Shown piece by piece: positions 37,445 through 50,313 of a stretch of DNA of 64,000 nucleotides. Below the pieces are notes generated by a model. It did not search any database. It was not told the DNA's origin and was given only the letters and a program-made list of their open reading frames with translations. The first letter of the stretch is position 1. The number at the start of each line of letters is the position of its first letter. Made by a program: the position numbers and the translations under genes. The stretch is from Utricularia gibba (taxonomy: Eukaryota > Plantae > Magnoliophyta), in NCBI GenBank assembly GCA_002189035.1, contig CM007989.1, positions 1,116,001-1,180,000 of the forward strand, given 5' to 3'.

Positions 37445-37452
37445 TAGGGTTT
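37445..37452 (-). promoter_or_regulatory. Telo-box (AAACCCTA) just upstream of the CPSF160 start codon
   Basis: tagggttt on the + strand, about 50 nt upstream of the ATG. Telo-boxes are common in plant RNA-processing and translation genes. Confidence 0.55.
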
Positions 37453-37982
37453 TAGGAGGCGAACGTTTAAGCCCTCCACTCGCACCTCAGTACAGAAAAC
37501 AACGGCGCCACTCCAACGGCCAGTTCCATTCCGTCAATGCTGCACTTCACTTTGTACATTCAGAAATGGCGAAGAATCCGATTTCACCCAAATTATTATT
37601 TTATAAAATTGGTTTTTTACCCAAATTATTTAATTTCGTTTGATAGAATTAAAAAAAAAACATTTTGATGCATAATTTCTTTAAATATATAATTAAATGA
37701 TCTTGTGTATAATAAATGTATTTAGAATAAATAAAAAAATCAAAATCTCGTTTAACTAAAATAATATGTGAAAAAAAGAATTTCAAAAATATATTATTAG
37801 AATTTTAATAATAATATAAAAATGCTCTAAATATTATTTTATATTGAAGGTAATGAAGGCCTCTCGTGTCTATGTTGATTGACTGTTGTGTAATCAATTT
37901 CCGATCACCGGAGGAGATTAACCTCCCAAAATCAAATCTTTGGGCGACGTTTCAATTGAAATCAATTGCACAAAAGGGGCCT

Positions 37983-38611
37983 ATGAAGCGGTGGGCGTGT
38001 TCGATTGTTCTCGTGGGGTGTTTTTTCTTGACGGGGAATGCTCCCATGGTGGCCTTAGCTTCGAATTCCCCTTCGGCGTTCGTGGAAAACGTCATCTACT
38101 CTAACAAGATCGCCATTTTCTCAAAAACCTACTGCCCGTAAGCTTCGGAACTTCGATTGTTTGAATCTATCGAATGTTTGATTGGGTTTTTTGTTGTGCT
38201 TCCTTGGGTCAGATATTCAGCGCGAGCGAAGCGCATATTTCACGAGCTTGAGCAGCATCCCTTCGTTGTGGAGCTTGATCTTAGAGGCAAGACAGATAGA
38301 AAATCCCTTTATTGTTCGTTGTGAAGCTATTGCATTCAATTTTTTCAAAGTGTTGCAGATGATGGGGGCAGAATCCAAGACGTTCTCATGGAGATGTTTG
38401 GCCGGAGAACGGTGCCTCAAGTTTTTGTCAACAGGAAGCACATTGGAGGATGTGATGGTAGCATCCAACACCTTGTACTCTCAGTCACTTTCATAGCGCT
38501 CACTGATGTATCCTAACCATGTTTCTGATATCCTGCATTTGCTCTGTGCGTACATTAGATCTGCAAGCTGCAGTTGCTAATGGGAAGCTCGAAGAACTTC
38601 TCGAACAATGA
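37983..38611 (+). CDS. GRXC3: Secretory-type class I glutaredoxin (GRXC3-like) with CPYS active site; 4 exons, one GC-AG intron
   Basis: Hydrophobic N-terminus, [22 protein letters not shown]|YSARAKRIF...PFVVELDLR|DDG...[17 protein letters not shown]|DL. Confidence 0.9.
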
Positions 38612-38984
38612 TGATCGGATGTTCGTCGATCCAGGTGATTTTTCTAGCAGTAGAGGTTATCCAGGGGAACATCGAAAAGACTCCCATCGATAGCATCAGT
38701 GCCTTTGATTTTGGCTACTCTGAGTTAGTGCTTCCTGTTCTTTTGCAAACTAACCGAAGCTTTAGATGGTTGGTTTTACTACACTTTACGCCTGTGGAGT
38801 GTAACGTTTGAGCGCAAGACTGACTGGGTGCAAATAAGTATTGGCAACAATAAGAGAATCCATTGCATTCTATTCTTCAAGCTGCTTGCGTAAGGTAAAG
38901 TTCATGGCGGCAATGATCAACATCTACCTGCTCAAGTATCTCACAGATTCCAATCATGGAATAAGTGGATTGCTGATAAGCTGG

Positions 38985-40867
38985 TTATCTACTCATGGAT
39001 GATAGAAACAGATCCTGCAGCACAGAACAGGACGATGGATATTGGTTATTTCCCTGCTTCAGAATCTGAATCAGTTTGCCTATTTGGGACGAAAACATGT
39101 AGACTTCATCTGCTTTGTCCTTCCTTACCCATTCTTCCAGTGTCCTAGAATTCGCAAAGCAGCATTCTAAGATGAGGGGGGCGCAATGGAAAGAAGGTTG
39201 TTAAAGAAACAGCGTACCTTGAATCAAACTCCATGCCATGCCCTGGTGCAGAATACAACAACTTAATCATGGGATGCATAGCTTGTTTTCCATATGCACC
39301 AGTAGGGTTGCAGCTTCCAGAACAACCCCAAGAATCTGGATTCAGGAGAACAATATACAACAGCATGGATTTCGTCTGGATGTCCCTGACCACAGTTCTA
39401 TATGATAGTTCGTCTTGCGCAATTTCCAGCAACTGGCTAGCAAACATTCCTCCGAGGTTATAGTTCCTGCACAGGGTGGAGTTAATTCGACATGCCTTGA
39501 CAGTTAAGAAGCCAATGAAACAGAGTGAAAATGATAAAAGTAAGCAAGACAGCACCCAAAAGCATCTGCTGATCCTCCACCAGGTAAACAAGTTGAGATG
39601 CTGCACTTGAAAAGGCGAACTCCTCCATCTATTGGTGTATAGTCATCAATGTAAGGATAAGCTCCTACAAGATTAGAGCACTGAGGGCACACATAATCGT
39701 TCCACTTGATATCTTTCGACATTCCAGAGGATCGAATCATGAATCCGCTACCCAGGTAACCATCAAGAAACACCCTCTCATTCTCCAGCCGATCATCTTC
39801 TGAACAAATTTTCACTTTTGATATGGATTCCACCAGTTCATGAGTACAGCAACCGCTACCACAGAAATCGTTCACATGCTTCCCGGTTGCTCTCTCCTCA
39901 TGGACATTTCCAGCAATGGTGGGTGGCTCCTGTACCTCATCTTGGGAAACTCTGGTTGACTGATCGTCTTCCAGAGGCATCTCAATAGAAGCATTGTTTT
40001 GCTTAACCGTCACATCCTGCCGTTGAAGATCACTCTTGCATACTAACACAGTTGATTCACTCAAGAGGCCTGAACCTGGTGCACACATGTAAGATTTGGC
40101 ATATGTTGCGACCAGCTTCTCACTAACACCACCAAATGAGCAACAGCATGTCCCAAACCAGTTGTCTGCGGCTTCTCGCCAGTTAACCGACGGCATATCG
40201 GAGAAAGCCCTGTGCAGTATGGTGCAGGATCAACAAGTGTAAGATCAGATTACAGAAGACTCAAGTGACTAACCCGAGTCCCTTTGTTAGCTTATAAGAG
40301 CAATTTCTGCAGTAAAAGTGCACCTCCTTCATCTCAGACAATTTCTTCAAATCTAAACATGGATATATTGAAAAGGGGAAGCATGAACTTAGAAGCATTG
40401 GAAGATATTAGCAACCAGCACTCTATAGGTTCAAGGCGAATTGCAATTAGCAGTAAGTTTTCACCAACCAGAGTTAACTCTAGGCCGACAGGGCTGATTC
40501 CCTCCCTCCTCCAGATTGAGAATAGAATCGAACTCTAAAACGAGAGGATGGGCAACCGGAAGCAACAAAACAAGTTTAACCTCGACATGATCATCAAACG
40601 CCTTGAACTGGGTAAAGAATCTTTTTCAAACAACACCCTGGGAGCCGGAACTCGGAGCTGCGTCACGTCGTCAGAGTCATTTTCCTTGAAGGACACCAGT
40701 AAGACAGATTCTCCGATGAGAAGACTGACTTCGAGGTCTCCAAATTTAACACGGAGGGTTCTATCCGAATTGAAAATGAGCACTCGGATAACAGAGGCGT
40801 GTGATTGCGCCTCCCAGGTAAACCTCCACGCTTCACAGCCACCGTCTACGGCGGACGCAGGCGGCAT
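38985..40867 (-). CDS. HECT-like ubiquitin-conjugating enzyme (E2)-binding protein; 5 exons; -1 frameshift at 40610-40612
   Basis: WRFTWEAQSH, (FKAFDDHVEVKLVLLLP after the shift), HFYCRNC, MPSVNWREAADNWFGTCCCSFGG, CPQC, DGGVRLFKC, ending YPSSCSVLQDLFLSSMSR*. Confidence 0.88.
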
Positions 40868-42383
40868 TCTCCACCTTGCCGTCTTTAGAGCCCGAGCACC
40901 AGTTTTCAAACGCGAGCCTGAAATGATCACTGGGCTTCCATGGGATGCCGGCCCAATAAACATAGCTCATCACAATAAAGCCACGCGTCATGTAGGCCCA
41001 ATCCCAATACTCGTAGCTCGTACACTACAACGACCCCCAAACAGCATGGGATGGGGGAGGCCCACCACTGTAGCTTACGGTATAAAGTTGTTAATAGATC
41101 AATTTCTGAGTATTTATTTAATCGGAAATTATATAATTGAATTTCATTGAAAAACCATTTTATAGAAATCAGGGTTCACCGTTTTGTGATCAAGACTTTA
41201 AATTTCGTCGTAAAATTTCTAATTTTCGGCATAATTTAAATATATTCTTTAAAAATAATTTTGATGGAAATTGAAATTTTGATTGATGGTGTATTATAGT
41301 ATCTCTCATTATCAAAATGAAAATATGAAATGATTCTTGGACATTACTGTATCTTAGAATTATACTGATGTAGAAAATTAATTCTTGATCTCCACATACT
41401 ACGAATTTGATTGAACTTGTAATAATATTATTCTTAAAAGTAAAAATTAATATTATTCTAGAACACAAAACATGTTTTATTTCTTGAGAAAAATAAATAT
41501 AATATAAATTTGCAATACCAAATTTACCCTTTATTAACATTCCTAATTGCTCCTTTACTCATATTGAGTTGCATGTTTTTACTTAGATTTAAATGAATTT
41601 GATGTAAAAGAATTAGTTTTTTAGATACTGTTTAGTTAATAAAATTATAATTGGTATACAATAATATTAAGTAAAATGAAAATGGATTGTAGCTTTAAAT
41701 AAACTCATGTATATAGAAGTTAAAGAAAACTCAAGTAATCCTGGTTTATTTAAATACACGAAGTGAACATATTATAATTTTTAATTATACATATTTAATT
41801 CTATCAACTAAATGCTAACTTTTTTTGGATATATTTAGCATAATTATGTCATTTAATTAAATAAAAATTCATAATTAATCACTCATTCTATACGCTATTT
41901 TTTTCGTTTTGTTATATCTTTTAAAAATTGTGCAATTATTTCATTCTATTTTTCATTTTGCATAAACTCATTTCCAAAATGGTAACACACTCAATCTATG
42001 ATTCGATTGATACGAAAATTATGATCGATATTACGAAAAATGTTGATAGACTAAGGAATTTAAATTTGGGGGGTCCAAATGCATAAATGTTTTTTTTAGA
42101 GTGGGTGTGTGCGTGTGTGGCTCCCAACGACCAAAACTTAGGCGTTCATATTCCAAGCCTTCATCAACTACTAGGATATATGTCTCATAATGGTGCCCAT
42201 GTACGGAACACCCATTTTTCTCCTCCTTTTTTAATATTCAACAACTCATATTTAAATTCCTTATTTTTATATGCAGATAATAATTCCCATTATTTCATTT
42301 CTCATCCAAAGCGGGTTTTCGTATTTTCAAAACGCGCAAAAGGGACAAAATTATTTGAAAAAAATAGGATTTCTCCGATGTTA

Positions 42384-42920
42384 TTACACTGATACAATTG
42401 CGAGCTTCTCTTGTTGATGGAACTTGATTTGCTTCTCGATGAAGGCTTCAATGGCTCTCTGAAACTCCTCGTTGCTGAGCTGTTCGAAGAGGGGCACCGC
42501 ATCGATCACTTCCGTCTCCTCCTCCTCCTTCTCCTCCGCCTCCGCCTCCGCCGCTACCGCCACCGTCTCCGGCTCCGGATTCTGACTCACTTCCACGGTC
42601 TTCTTCTCGACAATGGTTTCCTTATCCTCGAACGCCGCCGGTACATCCGCAGGTCTCGGAGGAGTGGCCGGGACCGGGTCCACTTCGAGGTCTCCAGGCG
42701 GGGGCGGGGTGGAGCGGGAGTTGCAGAGGAGAGTCAGCACGATGATATTGCTGACCAGGAAAACAAACACGTGGCTGAACACGACGCCGAGCAGGCGGCG
42801 GAGGTGGTCTCCGGAGGGGAGCCGGGGGTACGCCCACGTGAGAAAAAAGAGCGTCAGCAGTACTTCGAGTGCTCTGAAAACCCTCCTGAGAATCAGAATG
42901 GGGCACTCTGCTGCTGCCAT
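42384..42920 (-). CDS. Uncharacterised membrane-anchored protein (DUF4408-type N-terminus), intronless
   Basis: VFRALEVLL..FLTW, FVFLVSNIIVLTL, acidic/Pro-rich linker, and conserved C-terminal LSNEEFQRAIEAFIEKQIKFHQQEKLAIV. An alternative upstream ATG exists. Confidence 0.82.
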   Translation of the reverse strand: MAAAECPILILRRVFRALEVLLTLFFLTWAYPRLPSGDHLRRLLGVVFSHVFVFLVSNIIVLTLLCNSRSTPPPPGDLEVDPVPATPPRPADVPAAFEDKETIVEKKTVEVSQNPEPETVAVAAEAEAEEKEEEETEVIDAVPLFEQLSNEEFQRAIEAFIEKQIKFHQQEKLAIVSV

Positions 42921-45283
42921 GGAGGAGGAAGAAGGGAGTCTGAGTTGAGTGAGATACATAAGAGAGACAGAGTCTGAGAGCAAGGAATGTGATTACGCAA
43001 CAGGAAGGGAGAAGTGTTGGGTCTCTCTGACGAGAAGAACCAGAAACGCACAAGGGAAACCGCAGCAGGCGGATTTATAGAGCAGAGGAGATGAGTAAAT
43101 GCCATATAATTGGTATGGTATGTTGTTTTCTCAATTGTTTACACGGTGGTTGAACCCTAAATGTCCACACAATTTTATTCATCCCAAACAAAAAAATAAT
43201 AATAATAAATTAATTTACTCGACCCCATATTTTGATATTTTATATTGTGAATTCGATTTCTGATATCAATAATCGGGTTCCCTTTCCTCTGTAGATCAAT
43301 ATTAGTTGCCAAAATTCATTTTTTTGGTTTAATAATATGTGGGGGATGTGTAGGTGGGGAAAAATTTAGGGCTCTACCAATAGCATCTCCATTATGAATA
43401 CAAAATCATATATACCACACAAGTCATTAATGTTGTACAAAGGTATGCCAATAACCAAACATACTGGGTCATCTGATTTTCCATTAGGGTTGTGTTTTTG
43501 GTATCAGAGTTTAAATTAAAAAAATAATAACTAAAATAAAGTGGTATAATTTTATGTACTTGTATATTTGTTGAACCCTAGCAATATCTCTATGTACTCA
43601 AAATCACTACAAACATAAGTATATAATAGTTGCATCTATTAAAATAAACAATCTTACATCGATTTCAAAAATTAAAATAATTAAGTATATAATAAATTAT
43701 AAATCATTAATAATCGATTATAATTAAAAAAAATTATTTTTAATGATTTATATTTATTATGTATTTAAATTTCATGTGTTTAGGGTACACACCTACTGCG
43801 TGCGTGGGTACTAGGAGCATTGCTTCTCCAACGGCACAACCGTCGCCCACTTCACGTCGGAATATATTGGTGACGACGGGTAGATCAGGAAGAGGATCAG
43901 GATGAGGGCCATCAGATCCCTCCGACTCCCTCCTCTGGTAAAGAAAGGATGGGCAGGGAGAGATGGGGATGTAATGTAATCCTTGGGGGGTCAAATTACC
44001 ATGTTACCCTAAAGTGGCCACACACTCCTCTCATCTCATCTCATCCCTCCCTAAATTGAAATTGAATGCAGGAGGTGATTGGTCGGTCCACAGTGCACCT
44101 AAGCAGGGGATGGGGAAGAGCTGGCTGCCTAGCCTTAGATGCCCAGGCAGGCGGTGTTACTACGTGACCACATGTATGCACCATAGGCCCCGATACCAAA
44201 TTATAGCAATTATTGTTACTATTAAAATATGTGTATGTATCCATGTAGGGATGACTTTAAAAAGGGGAAAATAATAATAAAGTATGAATAAATTGACCTG
44301 AAATTAAGGCATGAATGAATGGGTGTTTTCCAAAGCGGTCTGGTCTGGACTCTGACTCTGACCCCCACCTCCTCGCAAGGGAACTCAACTCCTCCAAGCA
44401 AAGCTGCTGCTGCACCATGGGCCCCGCGCCTTTATACTTCAATCTCTTACAAACAACGCCTCTCTGTGGGTGTGTATTCATCAATTTCAACTCATTTTCA
44501 AATTTAGTCCTATATTTTATAATACTTAATTATATATTTATAGATTGGATCCATAATTTTAAAACATTGATTTAAAATTATTATTATTATTATTAAAATG
44601 TGATTAAAAAAATGAGAACTGTGGTTTCTACATAGGCCTCACCGGAGCTCGTGTAGTCAAATCAATAATTGGGCACACTGGGTGAAAGTTCGGGTGCATT
44701 GTACAACGCTATTACAAGGGAACCTCTCTTCATTTTCTTACAACATTACGGGGCTCCAAACTGGTCCTTTCATCCATCTAGTGGCTACAGAGGATAAGGG
44801 GCCCCACACATTTCCATAATTTTTCTGATCATTTCTCCTAAATTTTGAGTGTTGGATCAAATTCAATATCCGTAACCTTTATCCGGATTCGAACATAGGG
44901 TATTCGATTCCAGGATCGGGTCGGGTCATGGGACTCGATTGAAATGAAGGCCGAGTGCTAAGGCTGATCCATGGACGCAAAGGGTCATGGGCCCGGCCCA
45001 TTTGGTGAGTGAGCCCACAATTTTAATTAAAATAAATATATTAATTTTGTTTTAGAAACCATCAATATTATACATTTCAAATAGAATTCTAATTTGTGTG
45101 TTATTTGCTTAATATTATTCACCGTTTAATGAAATAAAGAAATATATATCAGGCAAAGCTTGAAATAACACGCTTCCTTGCCTTGTAAAAAATCATACAC
45201 GGCGCCGCCCGCCGGAGCTTCTGGAAGAGATATGAACGGACGGAAGCGAACATCATTTCTTCTCTGCTAGAAGAATCATCCCT

Positions 45284-45613
45284 TCACTTGTAATACATAA
45301 CCGGCCCGTTTTCCTTAGCGTCCCACGCGCCGCCCTCCTTCAAATACTCCAAGTACCTGGATACTTCCGGCCTCGCTGTGGCCGCTGCCTTCGTCTTCTT
45401 CTTCGCCGCCGGGAAAAGACTAAAGAAGGGGTGAACTCTTCCGGCAGCCTTCTTAATCTGATCCACACGGGAGGAGTCGTCGATTTTCCGGGAACAACAT
45501 TTGAGGATGGTGGCATGCAAGCTTCGTGAACGAGCGAGCTCCGGCGGGAACTCCTCGTCCAACTTCTCGTAGCCACGCCGCCGCGGGCCTCTGGTGCTCA
45601 GAGCTCTGATCAT
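45284..45613 (-). CDS. Uncharacterised 109-aa basic protein of a conserved plant family
   Basis: MIRALSTRGPRRRGYEKL ... VHPFFSLF...KKKTKAAATARPEVSRYLEYLKEGGAWD...PVMYYK*. Motifs match a recalled family of unknown function. Confidence 0.8.
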   Translation of the reverse strand: MIRALSTRGPRRRGYEKLDEEFPPELARSRSLHATILKCCSRKIDDSSRVDQIKKAAGRVHPFFSLFPAAKKKTKAAATARPEVSRYLEYLKEGGAWDAKENGPVMYYK

Positions 45614-47878
45614 GACGATGAAGGAATATGTTGGGGTTGGTATCTGCGGACCAGAGCCTTTATTTGATTTGAGAAATCCGGTGGTTGAGGTATGAACTTT
45701 GAAATTTCGTTCTAGTTTGGGTTGGTGTTGGCTGCCGTCCCATTCGCCCAATTCCTACTTTTCTTTTGACCCATTAATCTCTTTCCAAAAATGTCCTTAT
45801 TCTATGCCGCCCAGAAAAAAAAAATATATATATATATATCAAGTATTTATCCCAATAAAGAATAGTCTATAAAGCAGTCAGCAGACATTCAACATAATTT
45901 AAAATATTAATATAGATATGATTATAATATATTAAGAATTAAAATTTGATTAATTAAGAAAATTCTTCAAATCATAGAAGAATTCTTTGACAAATATAAT
46001 TAAAATGATTATTGAGTTAAGAATATGTATACCAAATATAATTATAATGTATTTAATTAGAGGTATTTGGGCATATTCGAGCTAATAAACAGAGTTTGTT
46101 TGGCACATTTTCTTTTAAAAAATATAAATAAAATGTTAATATAATTGATCTATGAATGCATATGTAACATATTAAAAATAATTCCAATTGTAATATCATC
46201 TTATTATTTACTAATCCAACAAATTATAAAAAAGGCGTATCTTATTTCACTTTGTAAATTAATCTCATAATTACCGACAAACACACTCGTAAGTCATAGC
46301 TTTCCATACACAAGTGTTTGAAGGCATACATACACAAAGGTTACGGAACACCACAATCTTCGTATTTCAAATTTTAGAAGTAATTCTTACATATAATTTA
46401 ATTCAAGGAATTAGGTAATCATATGTAAAATTTAAGTATATAATAAATATAAATTATATTTAAAAAAATTAAATATGATCGATTATTAATAATTAATAAT
46501 TTATTATATTATATTAATTTTTTAATATAATATTATTTGTTCAAATATTTATTATCAAAGTGAATTGGTATTTGATTCGATTAAACTAAATCCAACACAT
46601 CTTTTTATTCTTTTTAATCAAAACTTATACCAATACACAACTTACTTTGGTTATCCAAACATCGTTACAAGTCAAAATGCTCTAATAACATATTTAAATT
46701 AAATCCAAAAAACATCAATCATATTTACTAATAATTCATAATCTTTTATATATTTGATCACATCATATTAATTTTTTAATATGAAATTTTTCGTTTTAAT
46801 ACAAATGAGTGAATAAATTGATGGAGAACAAATATACGCATCTAATACACAAATCACGTCACAATACTTCCCCAATAAAATCACATCTTAACGGTCTTTT
46901 TATTACAAAATGACGTTGAAACTAAAGCAGGACGTTGTGAGTGCCACGGCGCGAGCCCCATTCCCCACATTCAAAATTGTACTCCGTATCGACCGACCCA
47001 ACCGTTCTCATACTGGAACCCTATTCCTACGCATGTTTAGTGCCATGACGAATGTTGTCGTGTGTAAGAGACTAGGACTAGTCCATGCACGGCAAGCTGA
47101 ATTCCGAGACACACCTCCCAACAAGCCCTCTGGTTGCATCGGACGGACTGCAACCACACGCATTTACTCCCCAAACCCATGATTTCCGAGCAGTAAATGC
47201 GGCTGCCCTCCACACAAAAATCGGGAATCTTGATGCCCAAGCCTCGGACGTGTATGTATGTATATAGGTATTAAATAAAAAGTGAATTATTGGGGTTAAA
47301 TAATGGCGTGGGAATATTTATTTAATTAATGTATTTAATGTTTTTCCCGTGTGGAGAGTATATTTCAATCACCCATTAATACCAACGGTTGCCCATCAGG
47401 TCCTCTGTCCGAGCGAGCACATCACCTCACCCCTTGGACACCGTTGTCACATGCGCCCTGCCCCAACGCTCCAACTGCCCCCATCCTCCCTATTATCTTC
47501 ATTATAATCACGCAACCGTGTTAGTGTTGTAAATCGAACACAAAAAGAAGAAAGGATCAAAATCGATCAAAATCGAAGGCACGTGAGACACTGTCTTAAA
47601 GAATTTCTCGATTTATCAGAATTCAAAAAGATCTTCAAAAACTGTTATCTCAATTTCAAAAATTAATTAAATATATACGTCTAAGTCCAATTTGATTTAA
47701 TAAATTAAAATGCTATTTGTGTGTGAGATTAAGCTCTATCTCAAGTTCATCAAAACTAATATGTTTACATTTAATATAATCTAATTGAAAATCATTTCAA
47801 CTTACAATGTTCATTTGTGAAGTTGAAAATCATTTCATATAAACTAATATTTTTGAAGTTGATTGCTAGAATCATTTG

Positions 47879-47970
47879 TGATAATTCGACCAAATTTACG
47901 ACAATCTTGGGTTTTATAGTGTTTTGATAATTCGACGAAATTTTCAAGAATCTCAGTTTTATGGTATTTT
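47879..47970. repeat. Imperfect tandem duplication, 46-bp unit x2
   Basis: tgataattcgac.aaattt...aatct..gttttat occurs at 47879 and 47925. Confidence 0.75.
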
Positions 47971-49565
47971 TAAGGTATGATTTTTGAAGTTAATAATTTG
48001 TGTTTGTTGGATTAGGGAGTGAGGGGGTGGGGGTGTAGTGGGGATAATCGCTACCTATACCAAAAATAAAGTCCATTGATGATGGGCCTCACGCCTACCA
48101 TAATTGAGTCATCAATTTAAGAAACCGTGAAATTATCCACAAATGTTACCATCCGGGTTGTTACAGGGGGGCCCTCAAAGTTGTTGAAATTGCAAAATTG
48201 CCCACACGCATTTATTAATACCGCACCAGCGGCTTTATGCTGCAGTCTTGTTCTTGAATTATGTAAAAGTATTGGGGGTCGATTTTGCTATTTCAGATAA
48301 AGCATTTGTGGGTATTTTTGTAGTTTTCAAGTTTTGGGAAGGCGATTTGAAGCGTTTCATTAATTTTTAATTATTTTTATTATAAAATATTTTAAAAAGA
48401 CAAGATTATTCTCTTTTTTTAAAAAAAAAAGTTGTGAGATTTAATTCAGCAAATCATCAATTCGAATTGAATTTGTTTTAAATATTATTTGAATCCATGA
48501 TTTTGAAATACTGGCTTCCAAATTTAAAACACTTTGGTTGATGAAGGAATCCATACAAAAAGGGTGTAATTAATTGATTATTTATAATTTTAAATAATTA
48601 ATATATCATACAAAAATAAGATTTTAGAAGATGAGGTTGGATTAATGCCATTTGGCCAACAATGATTCTTTAATGACCCCTTGAGATTTAAAATAATATA
48701 ATATTCTAACACTATGGTTAATCATATTCAAATAATTCTTATTTTAAAGGGAAAATTTTCAAATATACTATTCATATATTAGTGTGAATTAATAATGATG
48801 TTCCAATGAAAAATGTGAAAAATATCACAAGTATGAAAGAAATTTGATATTGTAGCCACGCACATATTATAAAAAATAAAAAATATAGTATCTTTTAATA
48901 TTAGAAATAAAATAAAAAAGGGATGGTAACTGTACTTTGGATGATGCATTAGGTAAGTGTTTAAAGGACCTAAAAGTAGTCAAACATTGCATGCTCACTC
49001 CCAATGCTTTTTATTTCCAATATCAAAAGTGGTGGTGAGCATTATAATTCCAGTTTTTTTTATAAATATGGAAAAATATATTAATTTAGTTCTCAATGAA
49101 TATAAAAAATTAATGTTATTCCATTAAATTAATTTTTTTTAGATTTTCTACGTTCTATTATTCGTTTTCTTGTTTTACTTACATGAAATGTGAGCAAATA
49201 TTGATTTTTTAAGCGGAATTAGAGATTTTTGGTAATAACTCTAACGTTTACTTGGGCTAGAATGAGTGATCCTCTTGAAAGACAGACCAAAGATGCAAAA
49301 ACCTAAAATCTTGAAATATTATATATATGTATATATATTATATCAATATCTATGTGTCTGTTAATGATTAGGGGAAATTGGATTTATTTAATGAATTTGG
49401 TAGTGGCCTTAACTGGAAGGCCGTGTTTATGCAAAGGAAAAAAACAAATTGATGAAGAGAAGATACACACAGAAATGAAATTCAACATCGCACAGCTGGC
49501 GTGCAAACTCAAAGGTCCATCTTTCTTTTGACGCTCTGTCGCTTAGGGCCCCCCCTCTCTACCAG

Positions 49566-49598
<33 letters not shown>

Positions 49599-49614
49599 AA
49601 CACACACTCACTCA
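49566..49614. repeat. Compound (TC)n(CA)n microsatellite upstream of CesA
   Basis: Read directly from the sequence. Confidence 0.9.
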
Positions 49615-50313
49615 CGATGATACAGATCATCGAGGAGTCCAGCTTTTAGTCTGTGCATCTGGGGTCCGCGGAAGTTCTCTCCTTGGCTTGGGTTTGTGGG
49701 CCCGTGGGTGTTCTTTCACGCGGTAAGGTCACTCCTTTTCAGGCTCAGGGGTGGCACCTCCCCACCGGCCGTGGCTCTGCTTCTTTCTCTAATAATGGGA
49801 ACCAGCCAGCCATGTAACAGAGCAGAATTAGCTAGGCTAAAAGATGGCTTACCCAGTTCATTTCACATGAATTATTGTCATTAGATTTGTGGCAGAAGCA
49901 GCACAGCGACTTCACAACAAGGGGAATCAACATTCTGGATTTCCATACTTTCCCCTGTTCTATTCCCCATTTGGGTCGGCTTTTTTTTCCCTCCCCATTG
50001 TGGGAATTTCCTTTTGCTCCGTCGCCGTTGGGTTAGGGGACCAAGAATTCTTTTTTCGAGGGGCCGAGGCGTTTTTGTTTCGTCATTGTTTTGGGAAAAG
50101 CTCAACTTTTTCGTGGATTTGGTGCTAATCTCTCGGCTATTTGGTCCAGTTACTCTGACACTTGAATCTTTCAGGAGGTGAGGTAGAACTCCGATCCCGA
50201 GATTCGTGAATCGGGTCTCGGAAACTGCTGTTCGGACGAGATCCCACCTGTTTCTGGATGGAGGCGTAGTCGCTGTACAGTTTCAGACGCTTGTTTCTCG
50301 GTTTTCTGTTGGA

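Noticed and set aside
40548-41150. 200-aa plus-strand ORF
   Set aside because: Antisense shadow of E2-binding exon 1 and its promoter; no coding signature of its own.
42411-42977. 188-aa plus-strand Arg/Leu-rich ORF
   Set aside because: Antisense shadow of the GC-rich DUF4408-type gene.
43820-43830. 10-nt match to the 5' half of miR164 (TGGAGAAGCA on the minus strand)
   Set aside because: The rest does not match and no star arm is present; expected by chance.
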